Below are positions 47,380-61,886 of a stretch of 64,000 bases of DNA, piece by piece. The stretch comes from Narcine bancroftii (taxonomy: Eukaryota). The first letter of the stretch is position 1; each line of letters starts with the position of its first letter. Both the position numbers and the translations under genes were made by a program. The DNA lies in the NCBI RefSeq assembly GCF_036971445.1, contig NC_091475.1, positions 51,088,001-51,152,000 of the forward strand, written 5' to 3'. The notes under the pieces are model-generated. The model was not told where the DNA came from, ran no database searches, and saw only the letters and a program-made list of their open reading frames with translations.

Positions 47380-50312
47380 TATTTGAGTATGAGTAGAGGG
47401 TTGTGATTTAATTTGGAAGGTAATTCATAAGATATTTGTAAACATGCCACGAGGGCTGGTATCCAAACCAGACTGAAGAGCGGGGGACTGAGGAACCCAC
47501 CCCCCCCCCCCACCGCCTCCCCCAACCATCTACTGCTGAATCTCCCAACATTGGAAAATAAAATCAATGACCTCAGGGCAAGGCTACTTTATCAGAGACA
47601 GGTGAGACAAATCTCAGACGTTTGCTTTACTGAGACCTGGCTAATAGTGAACACACTGCGATCCAACCAGACGGTTTCACCATACACAGACTGAACCGGA
47701 ACTCTGATTCTGGCAAAGGGAGAGAGGGTGGTGTGTGCTTTTTAGTTCATACCGGATGATGGACAGATGTTGGTGTTATGTCAATCTCCTGCTCCATTGC
47801 CTTAGAGCAAATAACAATCGAATGCAGGCCCTTCTATCTACCCCAAGCATTCTCATCAATGATTCTCACCTGAGTTTAATTACAAACTGAAACTTGGAGA
47901 GCTGCATTATGTGTTCAGTAAACAAAAGAAGGCCCACCCTGACACTCACATATCATAGTTGGTGACTTTAACTAGGCCTGACTCAAGAAAACTCTGCCCA
48001 TTTATCACTAGCACATGACCTGCTGTACCAGAGATCCCAACACACTTGCTTATCTTAGTGTAGCAGTGATAAAGGCCTATCAATCTTTTCTGAGACCACA
48101 TTTTAGCAAGTTGGATCACCTGGCAATGTTCATACTGCCTGCATACAAACAGAGCCTACAGAGAAAAGCTCCAGAGATTAAGACAGCTAGAAGATGGCTG
48201 AAGAACAGTTACAGGACTGCCTCGAGTCACTGGATTGGACAGTGTTCAAGAACTCAACTGAACACCAGGGTTGTTATCGACTTTATCAAAACAGCTGAGA
48301 ATGAGAATCTCCCCACGAAATTGTTCAGGGTTTTTCCCAACCAGAAGCCCTGGATGAACAATGAAATCCGGAACCCGTTGAAAACCAGATCACTGGCAAT
48401 TAAGTCAAGAGATCCAGAACACTAAACAAGAAGCAGATACAACATGTTGAATGTCAGCTTCTGGGCAAAGTGGAGATTCTGGACAAAAATGGAAATAACG
48501 AAGGATACTTGACTGCTACGGCCAGGCCTAAATGACAACCTGCTATAAAACTAAATCTGGTGCAATAAGAGACACCAGAGCTTCATTCCAAGATGAGTTC
48601 AATGCCTTCTATGCCCAATTTTACCACTAGAATAAGTATGTGCGCAGCCCCACATCCCCTGATGATCCTCTACTGTCAGTATCCAAAGATAACGTATTGT
48701 ACAGGCCACATTCAGGAGAATGAATTCAAGGAAAGCATTCGTTTCAGGTAGAGTACCCGGCTGAATACTGAAAACCTATGCTGACCGACTGGCCAATGTT
48801 TTCATGAATATCTTCCAACATCTCACTCCTACAGGGCATGGTACCCACCTGTTTCAAACAGGCCTCGATTGTACCAGTGCCAAAGAACTGTGTGGTAACT
48901 TGCTTAAATGACAACTAACTAGAAGCATTCACATTGAGAGCGATGAAGTATTTTGATAGATTGGTGATGAAGCATATCAACTTCTGGCTGAGCAGCGAGA
49001 TGGATTCATTCCATTTAGCTACTGCAGCAACAGGTCCATGACAGATGCCATCTCACTCGCTCTACACAAAGCCCTGGAACACCTGGACAGTAAAGATGCA
49101 TGGATCAGGATGTTCTTTATCATTAAAAGTTTGACATTCAACTCCATAATTCCCTCAAAACTGATCAGCAAACTTCAAGACCTGGGCCTCAATAATTCAA
49201 TCCTGGAAATAATGTGTAATTCATTTCTGGATTTCGTCACCTCCAGATCACAATCAGTGAAGAATGGAAAGAACATCTCCTCCATAGTCTCCATTAGTAC
49301 TGGAGCACTACTGGGCGATGTTCTTATCTCCCTGCTCTACTTGTTTTACACTTATGACTGTGTGACTTGGTATGACAATGATACCATGGCAGTGAGTTGA
49401 ATGAAAAGAGGCGATGAGTCAGCATGCAGCAGGAAGATTGAAAACTTGGCTGAATGGTGCACTAACAATAACTTTGCACTCAATGTCACCAAAACCAAGG
49501 AGTTAATTGTTAGCTNNNNNNNNNNNNNNNNNNNNNNNNNNNNNNNNNNNNNNNNNNNNNNNNNNNNNNNNNNNNNNNNNNNNNNNNNNNNNNNNNNNNN
49601 NNNNNNNNNNNNNNNNNNNNNNNNNNNNNNNNNNNNNNNNNNNNNNNNNNNNNNNNNNNNNNNNNNNNNNNNNNNNNNNNNNNNNNNAGAGGTGTACGAT
49701 CACTGACCATTGGGGGAATCAGATATGGAGAGGATGAGCATATTAAATTCCTGGGAGTCACTGTGTCAGAGGATGTTTCCTGGATCCAAAACATCAATGT
49801 TATCATGAAGAAAGCACATCAGTGCCTCTGCTTTCTCAGGACTTTGATGAGGTTTGGGGAAAGTCCGGCAAAATAAAGTTGGCACAGTCCAGCACATCAC
49901 AGGCAAAACTCTCTCCACCATTGAGATTGAACACTGCTGTCAGAAAGCTGCAGCAAAGATTGAGGATCCACACCACACAGGATGTGCTCTGTTCTCGCTA
50001 CTGCCATCAGGAAAGAGTATAGGTGCCACAAGACTCATACCCCTCCACCATCAGACTTGATCAGAGACTCATTTAAGGACTCTTACTTTGCCCATTATTT
50101 ATTACTGAATATTTATCTTTTCTGTATTTGTGCAGTTAGTTTGCTTACATTTCTTTTTTTGTTTTCATTTCTCTTTTTGGTACATTTCTCTTTCTTGAGT
50201 ACAGCTGACATTTATGCTACCAATAAGTAGAAATTCTGCCTGCCCTGCATGACAAATAATCTTAGGGTTGTATGTGATGTCGTGTAGGTCGTCTGACAAT
50301 AAATTTGAACTT
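47380..50312 (+). mobile_element. Near-full-length decayed Rex1/Babar LINE
   Basis: Endonuclease (FTETWL, GGGVCF, VGDFN), VFPNQKPWMN, RT (TDAISLALHKALEHLD, STGA..G.VL), DPHHTG.ALFSLLPSG, tail aataaatttgaacttt. Confidence 0.9.
49516..49687. other. Assembly gap (172 N)
   Basis: Run of N inside the Rex element. Confidence 0.99.
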
Positions 50313-53300
50313 TATCTTGACTCTCATTGCTGGTTGTCTCACTGTTTGCTCGTATCCTTTTGTACAGGTTGGGGCTTCTTATACACAAATGATCTTTGTT
50401 CTGTTATGATTTCATGATGCACTGTTTGCATCGGTGTTTAACTATGAAATTCTTTATGCAAACATGTGATAGATTGTTCCTGTGGCTTTTTTTTTTGCCT
50501 TTTGATGATCATCTGAATTCCTCAAAAGATTTAATTGAATTAATGTTGGAATTAATTTATTCCAGAAAAATACTTTGCATTATCAGGCAGTTACTTCACA
50601 AAAAGCATTGATTGTTTTGGTTTTGTGAAATATTTTTGTTATTATTAAATTAGTGACACAAAAAGCTTAGCTTGTCCTAAAAATTCAAATTTGGCATATC
50701 AGTAGGTTGAAGGTCAATCCAATCATCTGGATGTATTCAGTGTGCAGAATTTTTGACAAAACGCAAGATAAAATTATTTGAAGATAAGTGAGAAAAAAAA
50801 ATTAATTCAACTAAAATCTACATTGACATATTTTAAAAGGGATCCTGTGCTTCTGTGAAATAGTACTTGTTGCACCAATTTTAATTCTATTGTCTTCAAG
50901 CATTCACATTTATTCTAACTTTTGTTCTCTAATTCTCTAATTGATCCAGAAACCCTCCAATCCCCAATGAAATCAATTTGCTTGTGAATTCTGTGTCAGC
51001 TCCAATTTGCCATAGAATCCAAAAAAAAAAGATTTCCAAAATGAAGTTGGGGCAAATTGAGGCAGCAAGCCCAGGCTTGTCAGTGATTTAGTCCAATGAA
51101 AATGGAGTCCCAAGATTTATACTTTTTGCAGCACATGTATGGAAGGCCAGATTAACTCCTGCTTAAATGGCTAAATATTGATGGTTTAATTCAGTTTTGT
51201 AACCATCAGCGTGAAAGATCTGATCCATTGTTTTTGTTTTGAAATTGTTGAGAAGAATTGGTTCACTTGGTCATAAGATGCGAATAGGGATGAGGCTTCA
51301 TTCTGAAGAAGGAATGTTAGTGTGTGATTAATGACTATCTCCAGCTCTTTGCCATGAAACTCAGATGCACATGAGGTTTGCAATTAAGTTGCACTATTCT
51401 CTTTCCAGGTCCTTTTGAGGCCTCACTTTTCACTACTGCTGCCAACTCCTCTGATACATGACCCTCCACTAAGTCACTTCTATCCCCCACCAATGCAGGG
51501 CATGTTGGTTTGCTTGTTGTGATCAGCAATAGAAAGAGTGGTTATAACTTGTGTTGTTTCCCAAAAGGTGCATGTGTTCCTCTAGTTTCAAGTGATATAG
51601 TGGTGGATGTTGAAGAAAATCCATGAAGGGCTAATGGCCTGAAGTCTATTGTGGTTGTCAAGAGCAGCAATCCAGACTAATTGGTTGATGGATAAAAGTG
51701 ACGGTGCCATTGGCATGGCAACTATCCAAGTTTGCTCCCAGAAATTGACACCCTCAAGCTCCTTCAGAAGTAGGTCGGATTGTTGTGATGCTAGCCTGAG
51801 CCTGTGTGAGAGAAGTCAGATCCTTCAATGGTGCATCATGGGCTTATCTCTGCTTGCAGTGGAAGCTAAGATGTTTACAATAATTATTTGAACCATAATT
51901 AAATCCATGAATCTTGTCATGGAGCTGGATATGCCATTCATTTGAAAAAGAAGTGGGGTCAATGCACTTTGCAAAGGGATACACGTGACTGGAGCAAGAC
52001 TTTCCCAGACTCTCTTTTAGGCTATCAGGAGAATGCAAAAATGCTGCTAACGTGTATGCATATCGATGTGAACCCATAGTCTGCTCCATTGCAATCCTCG
52101 TCTGGGTTCTCTGGAGTACCACAGATGGACAATCTTGCTTTATAATCATTCAAACTGATTTTTTGTTCTCCATATTCCTGAAATGGTTGTATAATTTATG
52201 GTGTGAAATGTTCAGGAGAAATTCTTTGTGTAAGTATGTTGCCTTGTATGAATGTTAGGAAAGTTGGATCACTGTAGGTATGGGTAAAATTCAAGAGAAG
52301 TGTATAAGAATGTTGGACAAAATGAAATTTTGGAGGAGATTGTTGTCGTCATGGTAGGGGATAGTTTGGGAGGCTGAGGAGGGATAATAGATAAGATCTA
52401 TAGGGACACAATCACATTGAGGAAAATAGCTGGGTGTCAGTCAGGAGAGGAAAAGGGAATAGGGTACACCTGTAGCCATTCCCCCCCCAATAACACATAC
52501 ACCACTTTGGATTAGGGGATGACCCATCAAGGACAAATCACGGCAGTCATATCTCTGGCATAGAGTCTGGTTTTGTGTCTAAGGAAGGGAGAGAGAAGAG
52601 GAGGGCTGTAGTGATAGGGGATTCAATAATGAGGGGAACATGTAAGAGGTTCTATTGAAGAGAGCGACAATCCCAGATGGTATGTTGCTTTCCAGATGTC
52701 AGGGGTATCTCAGATTAAGTCCACGGCATTTTCAAGAGGAAGGGTGAAGAGCCAGATGCTGTGAAATATGCAGGGACTATTTACATGGATAGGAAGGGTG
52801 AAGAGGTCCTGCAAAGAGAGTTCAGGGAGTTAGGGGTGATGTTGAACAACATGATTGTGATCTCAGAATTATTGCCTGTGCCACGTGCTAGTGAGGTTAG
52901 AAATAGAATGATAATGCATCTTAACATGTGGCTAAAGAGATGGTACAGGAGGGAACCCTCAGATTTCTGGATCATTAGACTCTCTTCCAGGGAAGGTAGG
53001 ACTTGTGATGGTGGGACAGTTTCCATCTGAAATGTAAGGGGACAAATATCCTTGTGGGAAGGTTTACTGGTGCCTCTCCTGGGTGTTTAAGCTAGATTTG
53101 TTGGGAGAGCATATAATGGTGGAGGAGGAAAATGATGTTAAGACTGCATGTAAAGACAGAAATCAAAGGGTTGTGGATGGCTAAAATAATGTTCTTTCCA
53201 TCTATTTAAATACAATGAGTATTGTACAAAAGGCAGATGAGCTTAGAGACTGGATTGGCACATAATGGCAGGAGGGATAGGAATGGCAGCTTAATGATCC

Positions 53301-54682
53301 AGGACTCCATTGTTTCTAATGCAATAGAGCAGGGAGAAGTAGCACTGCTAATCAGTGAAAATATCACAGCTGTGCTCTGACAGGACATATTAGAGGGATT
53401 GTTTACTGAGGCCATATGGGTGGAACTGAGGAATGGGAAAGGTATGACCACATTTAAGGGGTTACATTATAGACCGTCCAAGAGTTAGTGAGAATCGGAG
53501 GAGCAGATTTGCAGGGAGATGGCAGACAGCTGCAGGAAACGTAACGTTGTGATGACAGGTGATTTTAACTTTTGGCATACTGTATTGATGGGACTCTCAC
53601 AGAGTAAAAGGGCTGGATGGCTTCGAGTTTATCAAATGTATTCCAGAAAGTTTTCTAGATCAACATATTGAGGCACCAATGAGAGAGAGTGCAATACTGG
53701 ATCTCTTATTAGGAAATGAGATGGCAGGTGACAGAAGTATGTGTAGGGGAGCACTTTGTGTCCAGCGATCATAATGCCATTAGTTTCAAGATAATTATGG
53801 ATAAGGAAAGGTCTTGTCCTTGGATTGAAATTCTAAATTGGTTAATAGCCAATTTTGAGGAAATGAGAAAGGATCTTGAAAGCATGGATGGACGAGGTTG
53901 TTTTCTGGCAAGGATGTGCTTGGTAAGTGCAAGACTTTCAAAGGTGAAATTTTGAGAGTATAGAGTTTGCATGTTCTTGGAAGGATTAAAGGCAAAGTTA
54001 ACAGGCTTGAGTAACCATTGTTTTCAAGGGATATTGTGGATCTAGTTAAGAAGAAGAGAGATGAAAAGCAAATATAGGCAGCAAGGAGCAAATGAAGTAC
54101 TTGAGATTAGAAAATGCAGCAAAAAACAAGGATATCAGGAGGGTTCAATAAAGACATGAGGTTGTTTTGGCAGACAAGATTAAGGAAAATCTGAAGGTCT
54201 TCTACAGATCTATTAAGAGCAAAAAGATAGTTGGGACAAAATGGTTCTCTTGAAAATCAGAGTGGTTGGCTATGTTCAAAGTAGAGACTTCTTGTCAGAG
54301 ACAAGATATCACAGACAACCCTGGGATTCTTTTTCCTGTCGGCCAGGCAGAATTTCTACTTATCGATAGTGCAAAAAAAAACTGTGCTCAAGGAAAGATA
54401 CGTATACAAAGAGAGAAATGTAAACAAGAAGAAATTGGAAGCAAACTGAGCAACACAGAAAATAAATAATTAATAATAATTATGTGCAAAGAGTCCCTAA
54501 ATGAGTCTTTGAGTTTGTTGTTTAGGGCTCTGGTGGAGGGGTAGCAACTGTTCCTGACCTAGTGGTGTGCATCTTGTGGCACCAATACTTCTTTCCTGAT
54601 GGCTGCAGCAGCGAGAACAGAGCATGTCCTAGGTGGTGTGTATCCTTAATAATTATTGCTACTCTGCAATAACAGCATACTA

Positions 54683-54861
54683 TGTAAAGGCAGGAATGCC
54701 ACCAGTCGAAGGCCAGCACTGAGATGACATCACTCCTGTCATCAAAGGCAGGGAGTAAATGTAAGCAGAGCTGGCAGTACAATAAATCATTCTTTGACCT
54801 TGCCTCGACTGTGTGAATGAGTCACTCTTGCTCCACACTTTTGCATAGCGCACATGCTACA
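54683..54861 (+). mobile_element. Short LTR inside the Rex element
   Basis: TGTA..TACA ends, AATAAA at 54781; adjoining Rex sequence deleted, no TSD. Confidence 0.6.
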
Positions 54862-55014
54862 ACATTTTTTTTCCCCCTCCTGAAGACTACAATCAACTCC
54901 TTTGTTTTGGTGACATTGAGTACAAGATTTTTGTTAATCCACCAGGTTTTTAATTTCCCTCCTGTATGGTGACTCTTCGCTTCCTTTCATACAACCCACT
55001 TCTGTGGTATCGTC

Positions 55015-57182
55015 TTTTTTTTGAAGACTTTATTTAAAATTTTATAACATGAATACAATAAAGAATTACATTTAAAGAAAAATAGAAAAAAAAATTTAAA
55101 ATAGAAAAAAAAATTTAAAAAGGTATGATTACAATATTACATCAGAAAACTACACAAAATAACCCCCCCCGTTAATTGTAACACAATATTAATAGTCTAA
55201 CTTAAAATTAGTCCAATCCTCCCCCCAAAATAAAGAGTGAAGAGTTAATAAAATTGACAATATTATATATGAAAAAAAAAATACCCACTTACAAAAAAGA
55301 GATAAAACTTAACCTAAAAAATTCTAACAACAACAAAAAAATTGTCAATACTAAAATATCACACTTAAACATATATTTAAATCAAACTTAAATGCATATA
55401 ATTAGCAAATGGAGTCCACTTTAACTTATAAAAAGACACCTTATCCTGAATTGAAAAAGATATCCTTTCCATAGTCAAACAAAATTTCATTTCCAAATAC
55501 CACTTATCTAAAGTTAGTATATTTCTATCTTTCCAAGTAAGTGCTATACATTTCTTAGCCACAACTAAAGCTAAATAAATAAATGAAATCTGATAATCCT
55601 CTAAACCTAAATCGATTAATGATTGCATGTTCCCTCATAAAAATATATCGGGATCTAATACAAGATGGATATTATATAAACTGTTAAAAACAGATTGAAT
55701 ACCTTTCCAAAACTGTTGCAACTGATCACAAAACCAAACAGTATGCAAAAAAGTATTGGCCGTCTGATCACATCAAAAACAAGAATCCAACTTACTAAAA
55801 CCAAATTTTTTAAATTTCTCCGGCGTTAAATATAGCTGATGAATTAAATTATAATTAATCATCGCTAGTCTAGCATTAATTAATTTCCGAATACTATTCT
55901 GACAAATTTCCATCCAAGCTTCTTCAGCTATTTTATGTCCTAAATCTTTTTCCCATTTCAACTTATCTTTATCCCAGTCTTTTTTACTATCAATTTCTTG
56001 TAAAATACAATACAAATCAGATATATATCCCTTTTTTTGGTATTGAAAGTACATATTCTTCAAAATTAGATTCAGGCAATAAAATCATATGTCGACCACA
56101 TAACTGTTTTACAAAAGATCTTAATTAATAATATACAAATATAGAATTTGCACTAATACCATATTTCCTTTGTAATTCGTCAAAGGAACAAAAACAACCC
56201 TCAGAAAAACAATCAGATAAATTTTTTATTCCCTTCTTTTCCCATTGTTTCAAAGTGGCATTGGAGACCGTAAAAGGAACAAGTTGATTATTATATAATG
56301 GCAATCTTCCAGAATATATATTTTTAAGTCCCAATTTTTTAAGTTTACTTGTCCATAAATTCAATAAATGTTTCAATATTGGCACATCATAAGTTCATAA
56401 TAAATTTTTATTCCATCGAAACAAAAACTCATGAGGAAATTTTTCTAAAATAACTGCCATTTCTATCTTTACCCAACTAGGTGGGTCGTCCATATTCATT
56501 AATGCACTAAGAAATTTGAATTGAGCTGCTTCATAATAATGCTGAAAATTCGGTAATCTTAAACCTCCAAATTGAAAATCCCACATCAATTTTCTGATTG
56601 CTACTCTTGGAAATTTTCCCTTCCATAAGAATTCTCTAATCACTTTATATAGTTCCTTAAAAAAACTTTTTTTTTAAATAAGGAATTGATTGAAAAAAAT
56701 ATTGTATTCTAGGAAAAATATTCATTTTTATGGTATTAATCCCCCTAGTAAACCCAAAGGTAGATCCCTCCACCTAATCAAATCTAATTTAATCCTTTTT
56801 ATTAAAGGAAAATAATTAATTGAATACAATTCTTGAAATTCCGTATTAACATTAATTCCTAAATATTTAATTTGTGTAGTCCACTTCAAATTTGTAATAT
56901 TTTTATATACTGAATAATCACCTTTACAAATTGGTAAAATTTCACTTTTAGCTCAATTTACTTTGTAACCAGATAATTGGCCATAAATTTCTAAACATTC
57001 TTGAATTGCAGGTAAAGAAATATCTGGATCCACCAAATATAATAAAACATCATCAGCAAATAAATTAATCTTATATTCCTCATTCAGAACTCTCATACCT
57101 TTAACATTTTCATTTTGACGTATTAATTGTGCTAAAGGTTCAATAACTATAGCAAATAAAGCAGGTGACAATGGACGTCCTT
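55015..57182 (-). mobile_element. 5'-truncated L1-clade LINE inside Rex
   Basis: Perfect 15-bp TSD TTCTGTGGTATCGTC (55000-55014, 57183-57197), poly-A tail, LSPALFAIVIEPLA, LFADDVLLY, GGLRLPNF. Confidence 0.95.
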
Positions 57183-60017
57183 TTCTGTGGTATCGTCAGC
57201 AAATTTGTAGATGGTGTTATTGTCGTACTGAGCCACAGAGTCAGAGGAGTAAAGTGAATACACCAGGGGGCTATGAATGCAATTCTGTGGTGCTCCTGTA
57301 CTGATGGAGATTGTGAAGGATATCCTCACCAATTCTGGTCTTGTAGTGAGGAAATGCAGGATCCAACACACATTGGGGTATTGAGGCCCATGTCGGAGTT
57401 TGCTAATCAGTTTTAAGGGCATTCTGATGTATGCATCTTTGCTGTCCAGGTTTCCAGGGCTTTGTGTAGAGCCAGTGAGATGGCATCTACTGTAGACCTG
57501 TTGCTGCTGCAGGCAAATTGGAATTAGATGATGTTGCTGCTCAGTCAGGAGCTGATGTGCTTCAACAACAGCATCTCTCAACACTTCATCACTGTGGGTG
57601 TTGTGCCACTGGTCGGTAGTCATTTAGACAAGTTATCACCCTCTTCTTGGGCACAGGTTCAATTGAAGCTTATTTGAAATAGTGGGGTACTACTCCCTGC
57701 CGGAGTGAGATGTTGAAGATATCTGTGACTATATTGGCAAGTTGGTCAGCACAGATTTCTGTCTGGACTGGATACTTTATTTGATTCACTCTCCTGATCA
57801 TTCTCAGATACTGACAGTGGCAGATCATCTGGGAACATGTGGGTGAACAGTGGCTCTTCCTTGTTTTGGTGGCCAAATCAAGCATCGAAACCACTGAGTT
57901 CATTTTGGAGTGAAGCTTTTCTGTCTCCTACTGCACATGCTTTGGTTTTGTAGCAGGTATGTCTGGAACCAGATGAGGGAGATCTTAAGTGGGGTTTTTC
58001 CATCTGTATTTACCCAGGAAACTGGCTCAGATTCTAGGAAAGGGAGGAAAAACCACCAATGAAGTCATAGAACCTATATAGATTAAAGATGAGGAGGTTC
58101 TCACTGTCTTAAAACGAATAAAGGTGGATTAATCCCCAGGACCTCACAAGGTTTTCCTTGGACTTTGAATGAAGCTAGTGCAGAAATTTCAGGGACCCTG
58201 GCAGACATATTTAAAATGTCCTTAGCTACAGGTGAGGTAGTGGAAGATTGGAAGGGAGGTCATACTGTAGCGTTGTTTCAAAAAGTCTCCAAAAATAACC
58301 CAGGAAATTGTAGGCCAGTGAGTCTTACATCAGTAGTTCTAACAGATTGAATATTCATGTATTTGGATAGTCAGGGAATGATTATGGATAGTCAGCATGG
58401 TTTTTTGCATGGTAGGTCATGTTTAACCAATCTTGTGGAGTCTTTTTTAAGGCAGTTACTAGAAAATTTGATGAAGACTTTAATAAGCACTTTACAAGGT
58501 CCCACATCAGAATTAGTCAGGAAGGTTTAGTTGCATGGTATTCATGGCGAGGTAGTAAACTGGAATTGACATTGGCTTTATGGGAGAAACCAGAGAGTAA
58601 TAATGAATAATTGCTTCTCTGACTGGAGCCATATGACTAGTGGTGTGTCTCAAGGATCAATGCTGTGTCCTTTATTGTTTGTCATCTATACCAATGATCT
58701 GGATAATAATATGGTAAATTGGTTCAGCGAGTTTGCAGATGACACAAAGTTTGGAGGTGTAGTGATAGTGAGAAAGGGCTTCAAAACGTAGATGGATCTG
58801 ATCTGGACCAGCTAGAAAAATGTGTTGCAAAATGTCCGATGGAATTTAATGCAGACAAGTTGCATTTTGGAAGGACAACACAAGGTAGGATGTACACGGT
58901 GAATGATTGGGCACTGAGGAATGCGGTAGAACAGAGGGACCTGGGAATACCGATATATAGCTCCATGAAAGTGGTGAAACAGGAAGATAAGTAGACCTTT
59001 TAGCACATTGGCTTTCATAAATTAAAGTATTGAATATAAATTTTGGATGTTATGTTATAGATATACAAGACATTGGTGAGACAAAATTTGGAGTATTGTG
59101 TGCAGTTTTGGTCACCTCACTGAAGGAAAGATATCAATAAAATTGAAAGAGTGCAGAGAAGATTTACTAGGATGTTGCCCAGACTTCAGGAACTGAGTTA
59201 CAGGGAAGGGTTAAACAAGACTTTATTCCCTGGAGTCTAGAAGAATGAGGGGAGATTTGATGGAGGGGTAAAGATGGAATAAATGCAAGTAGGGTTTTCC
59301 CTCTGAGATTAGGAGAGATACAAACCAGAGGACATGGGTTAAGGGTGAAAGGGGAGAAATTTAGTGGGATAATTTGGGGGAATTTATTCACACAAAGAGT
59401 GGTGGGAGTGTGAAACGAGCTGCCAGCTGAAGTAGTGAATGTGGGCTCAATTTTAACATTGAAGAAAAGTTTGAACAGTTACATGGATGGAAGGTGTATG
59501 GAGGAATATAGACTAGGCAGAATAGTTTGGCACAGACTAGAAGGGTTGAACGGCTGGTTTTCTGTGCTGTATGGTTCTATGGAGTATTGATGTATATAAT
59601 GAAATTACTGTGTGAGTGACCTGTGTTCATTTCCTCAACAAATTTGTATCACTGCAGATTCAGTTTGGACTGGAAGGGTATCCACTGAGTGTCAAAAACT
59701 ACTTCCCTACTCTATTGCAAAGAACATGGGGACAAACATTCAAGGGTTCCTCATACATCAGGAGTTTAGTACTCTATTTCCAACACAATCAAATTTCCAC
59801 ATCTATTCAGATAAACATATTTAACATTGCAGCTGTTGATTAGTCTGTTCCAAGATTGTTGTAAAGCTAAATTTCAAATTATTTTTTAACATATCAACTG
59901 AAATCATTTTCTTAAAATTTTTTGAACATTATAATTTATGTTGAAAATGGAAAAAGGAAATTTCTTGACTGTAACCTTTTTGCATGTTGGCAAATTAAAC
60001 TCTTAATTTGCTTTCAG

Positions 60018-60224
60018 TGACTGTAAGCTCCAAGTTGAAATTCCAGAGGTGGAAACTGAAGAGGGGAACTGGTTTAAGCCCATATCTTGTGAGTTTCCTG
60101 AAGGCTCAACCTTGTTCTATGAAAGTGGAATAAAAATGAGCATTACATGTTCCATCACCTTCTGTTCATTCGTCCCAATTTCAATATCTGTGGATGTCAT
60201 TTTCATGGATCATGAAAAGAAAAG
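60018..60224 (+). CDS. CFAP47: CFAP47 exon (DCKLQVEIPEVETEEG..VIFMDHEKK)
   Basis: tttcag| acceptor, ag|gtaaaa donor; 207 nt, phase 2 to 2, open frame. Confidence 0.9.
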
Positions 60225-60249
60225 GTAAAATAAACATGTCGTGGATGTC

Positions 60250-60580
60250 AGTAGTGCTCCAAGAAGAGATGCTGTCTTACAGCTCTAGTGATCTGGATTG
60301 AATTTTAAATTCTGGTGTCTGTATGAAGAGTTTGCATGTTCTTCCTGTGAGCATGTGGGTTTCCTCCAGATGCTATGCTTTCCTTTCATGACCCACATAC
60401 ATATGTGTAGGTGGTTAATGTGCTGCTATAAATTACCCTTAGTATTTGGTGAATGTAGAACCTCGGGAAGTTCAGGGCATTACGACTTGAATAAAATGAT
60501 ATCAGTGCAAGTGTGGTGTAAAATGAATACTCGATGGTTGGCTCGGATGTGGGAGGCGAATGACCTATTTTGTAAGAGAG
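60250..60580 (+). mobile_element. V-SINE (HE1-like), old
   Basis: V-domain gagtttgcatgttcttcctgtg..gtgggtttcctccagatgct, taaattacccttagt. Confidence 0.75.
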
Positions 60581-60856
60581 CAATTATAAATAAAGAGCAG
60601 AATTTAAGTTGACTTTTGAATAGTCACAAAATCTGTTGTTTGTAGCACAATATATATATGGGAGGTCACAACAAGGACTATTTTGGGATGAAGTCTAGCA
60701 CATGTGACAAGAGCCATATAGCTATGCTGAGGGGACAAATTGTGAGGTCGGCAAATACACAATGCTAAATTGATGGCTGTGTTGCTAAAATTAACTTCAG
60801 TGCTACTGTAAATGCTCTGCATTTAAATTGAATGGAAGATGGTTCCTGAATAGTGT

Positions 60857-61360
60857 TAAACAAGAAAATCTGCAGATGCTGGGGCTGAGTACAATACATA
60901 CGCAAAAGTGCTGGAGAAACTCAGCAGGGTACACAGCATCCATTGGAAGCAAAAGACAATCAATGTTTTGGGACTGAGCCCTTCTCTGTGAATGGGGGGG
61001 GGATAAAGGTGGGAGAAAGGAGGAGAGGAGGCAGGAAGGGGAAGGGGAGGTGCACAGGTAAGAGGTAATAAGTGGATATAGGTAGGAGCGTAGAAGAAAA
61101 GGAAGCTGAGAAATGTTCAGGGGACAGGGCGGATCCCCCAGAAAGGGTAGCTTTTTGGTATGAGAAAGAAGAGGAGAGGGTGGGGAGCTGGAAGGAACAA
61201 GAGAGAGGGGTAGGAAAAGAGATGGACCAGCCATCGGGAAGTGTTGCCAGAGAAGAACCAAATGAATTTGAGGTAGAAGTGAAAGTTGTCAGCAAAGCAG
61301 ATAAAGTTGACAAGCTTATTATGGGTGCACCTCTGCAACCATCGATGTAATAGAGGAAGA
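60857..61360 (-). mobile_element. Penelope-like terminal fragment
   Basis: tctgcagatgctgg..gctggagaaactcagcagg, purine-rich tract, RT piece (YIDGCRGA); same architecture as 18320-18640. Confidence 0.75.
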
Positions 61361-61886
61361 GTTCAGGAGCCTAATAATGTAAACTAAAGAATAGACATTA
61401 GGAAGATGTTCTGATGTGTTCATCACAGGGAATTTATAAAGTAGTCATTTTGCACAAGCTCTATTTTTAAGTCACCATGCCAAAAGAAATGGCGGTAACT
61501 AAATGACAAAGTGGGTTCTTTGTTGCAGTGTAAACAAGTTCAATTAAAATATTATGCAGATCATATCATTCTGTTAACCGGATCAATCCAAATAACATAA
61601 TAAGCCTCAGGACCTGTTATGGTTCGCTCTGCACTTCGTAAATTTGCAATACCATTGGCTCAGCTTCTACCACCTCATGGAATAAATATTACACTGCTCA
61701 GTTCTGTTGAGGGGAGACTGACCAAAAACTTTAATTTTTCCAAACTGACGCAGGTAATATCTTCAGTGTTTTCCCAAAGTACTTTAACCTATGTTTGGGA
61801 AATGAGAACCTAAATATGAGAAATTTTCCATTTTAAATTCCATTTATTGTGCAATGGTGTAATAGACTATCTTCATCTCAAAACAG

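Larger units (their letters stand above)
54276..57957 (-). mobile_element. Rex1/Babar LINE inside CR1 (itself interrupted)
   Basis: TSD TATGT (54271-54275, 57958-57962); CADQLANI, STGAPQ, IYKFADDTT, HHLGHALFSLL motifs. Confidence 0.88.
52400..59582 (+). mobile_element. Near-full-length decayed CR1 LINE split by nested insertions at 54276-57957
   Basis: ORF1 SGNH esterase (AVVIGDSIMRG, ISELLPVPRAS), ORF2 endonuclease (YYRP, GDFNF, SSDHNAISF), RT (PGNCRPVSLTSV, GVSQGSML, FADDTK), CR1 tail. Confidence 0.9.

Noticed and set aside
49401-49806. ORFs containing X runs
   Set aside because: Artefacts of the N gap.
55075-55120. Short tandem duplication aaaatagaaaaaaaa(a)ttt
   Set aside because: Slippage in the A-rich L1 3'UTR; not informative.
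60803-61350. Overlapping 90-150 aa ORFs
   Set aside because: The purine/pyrimidine-biased Penelope-like terminal tract lacks stops by composition.
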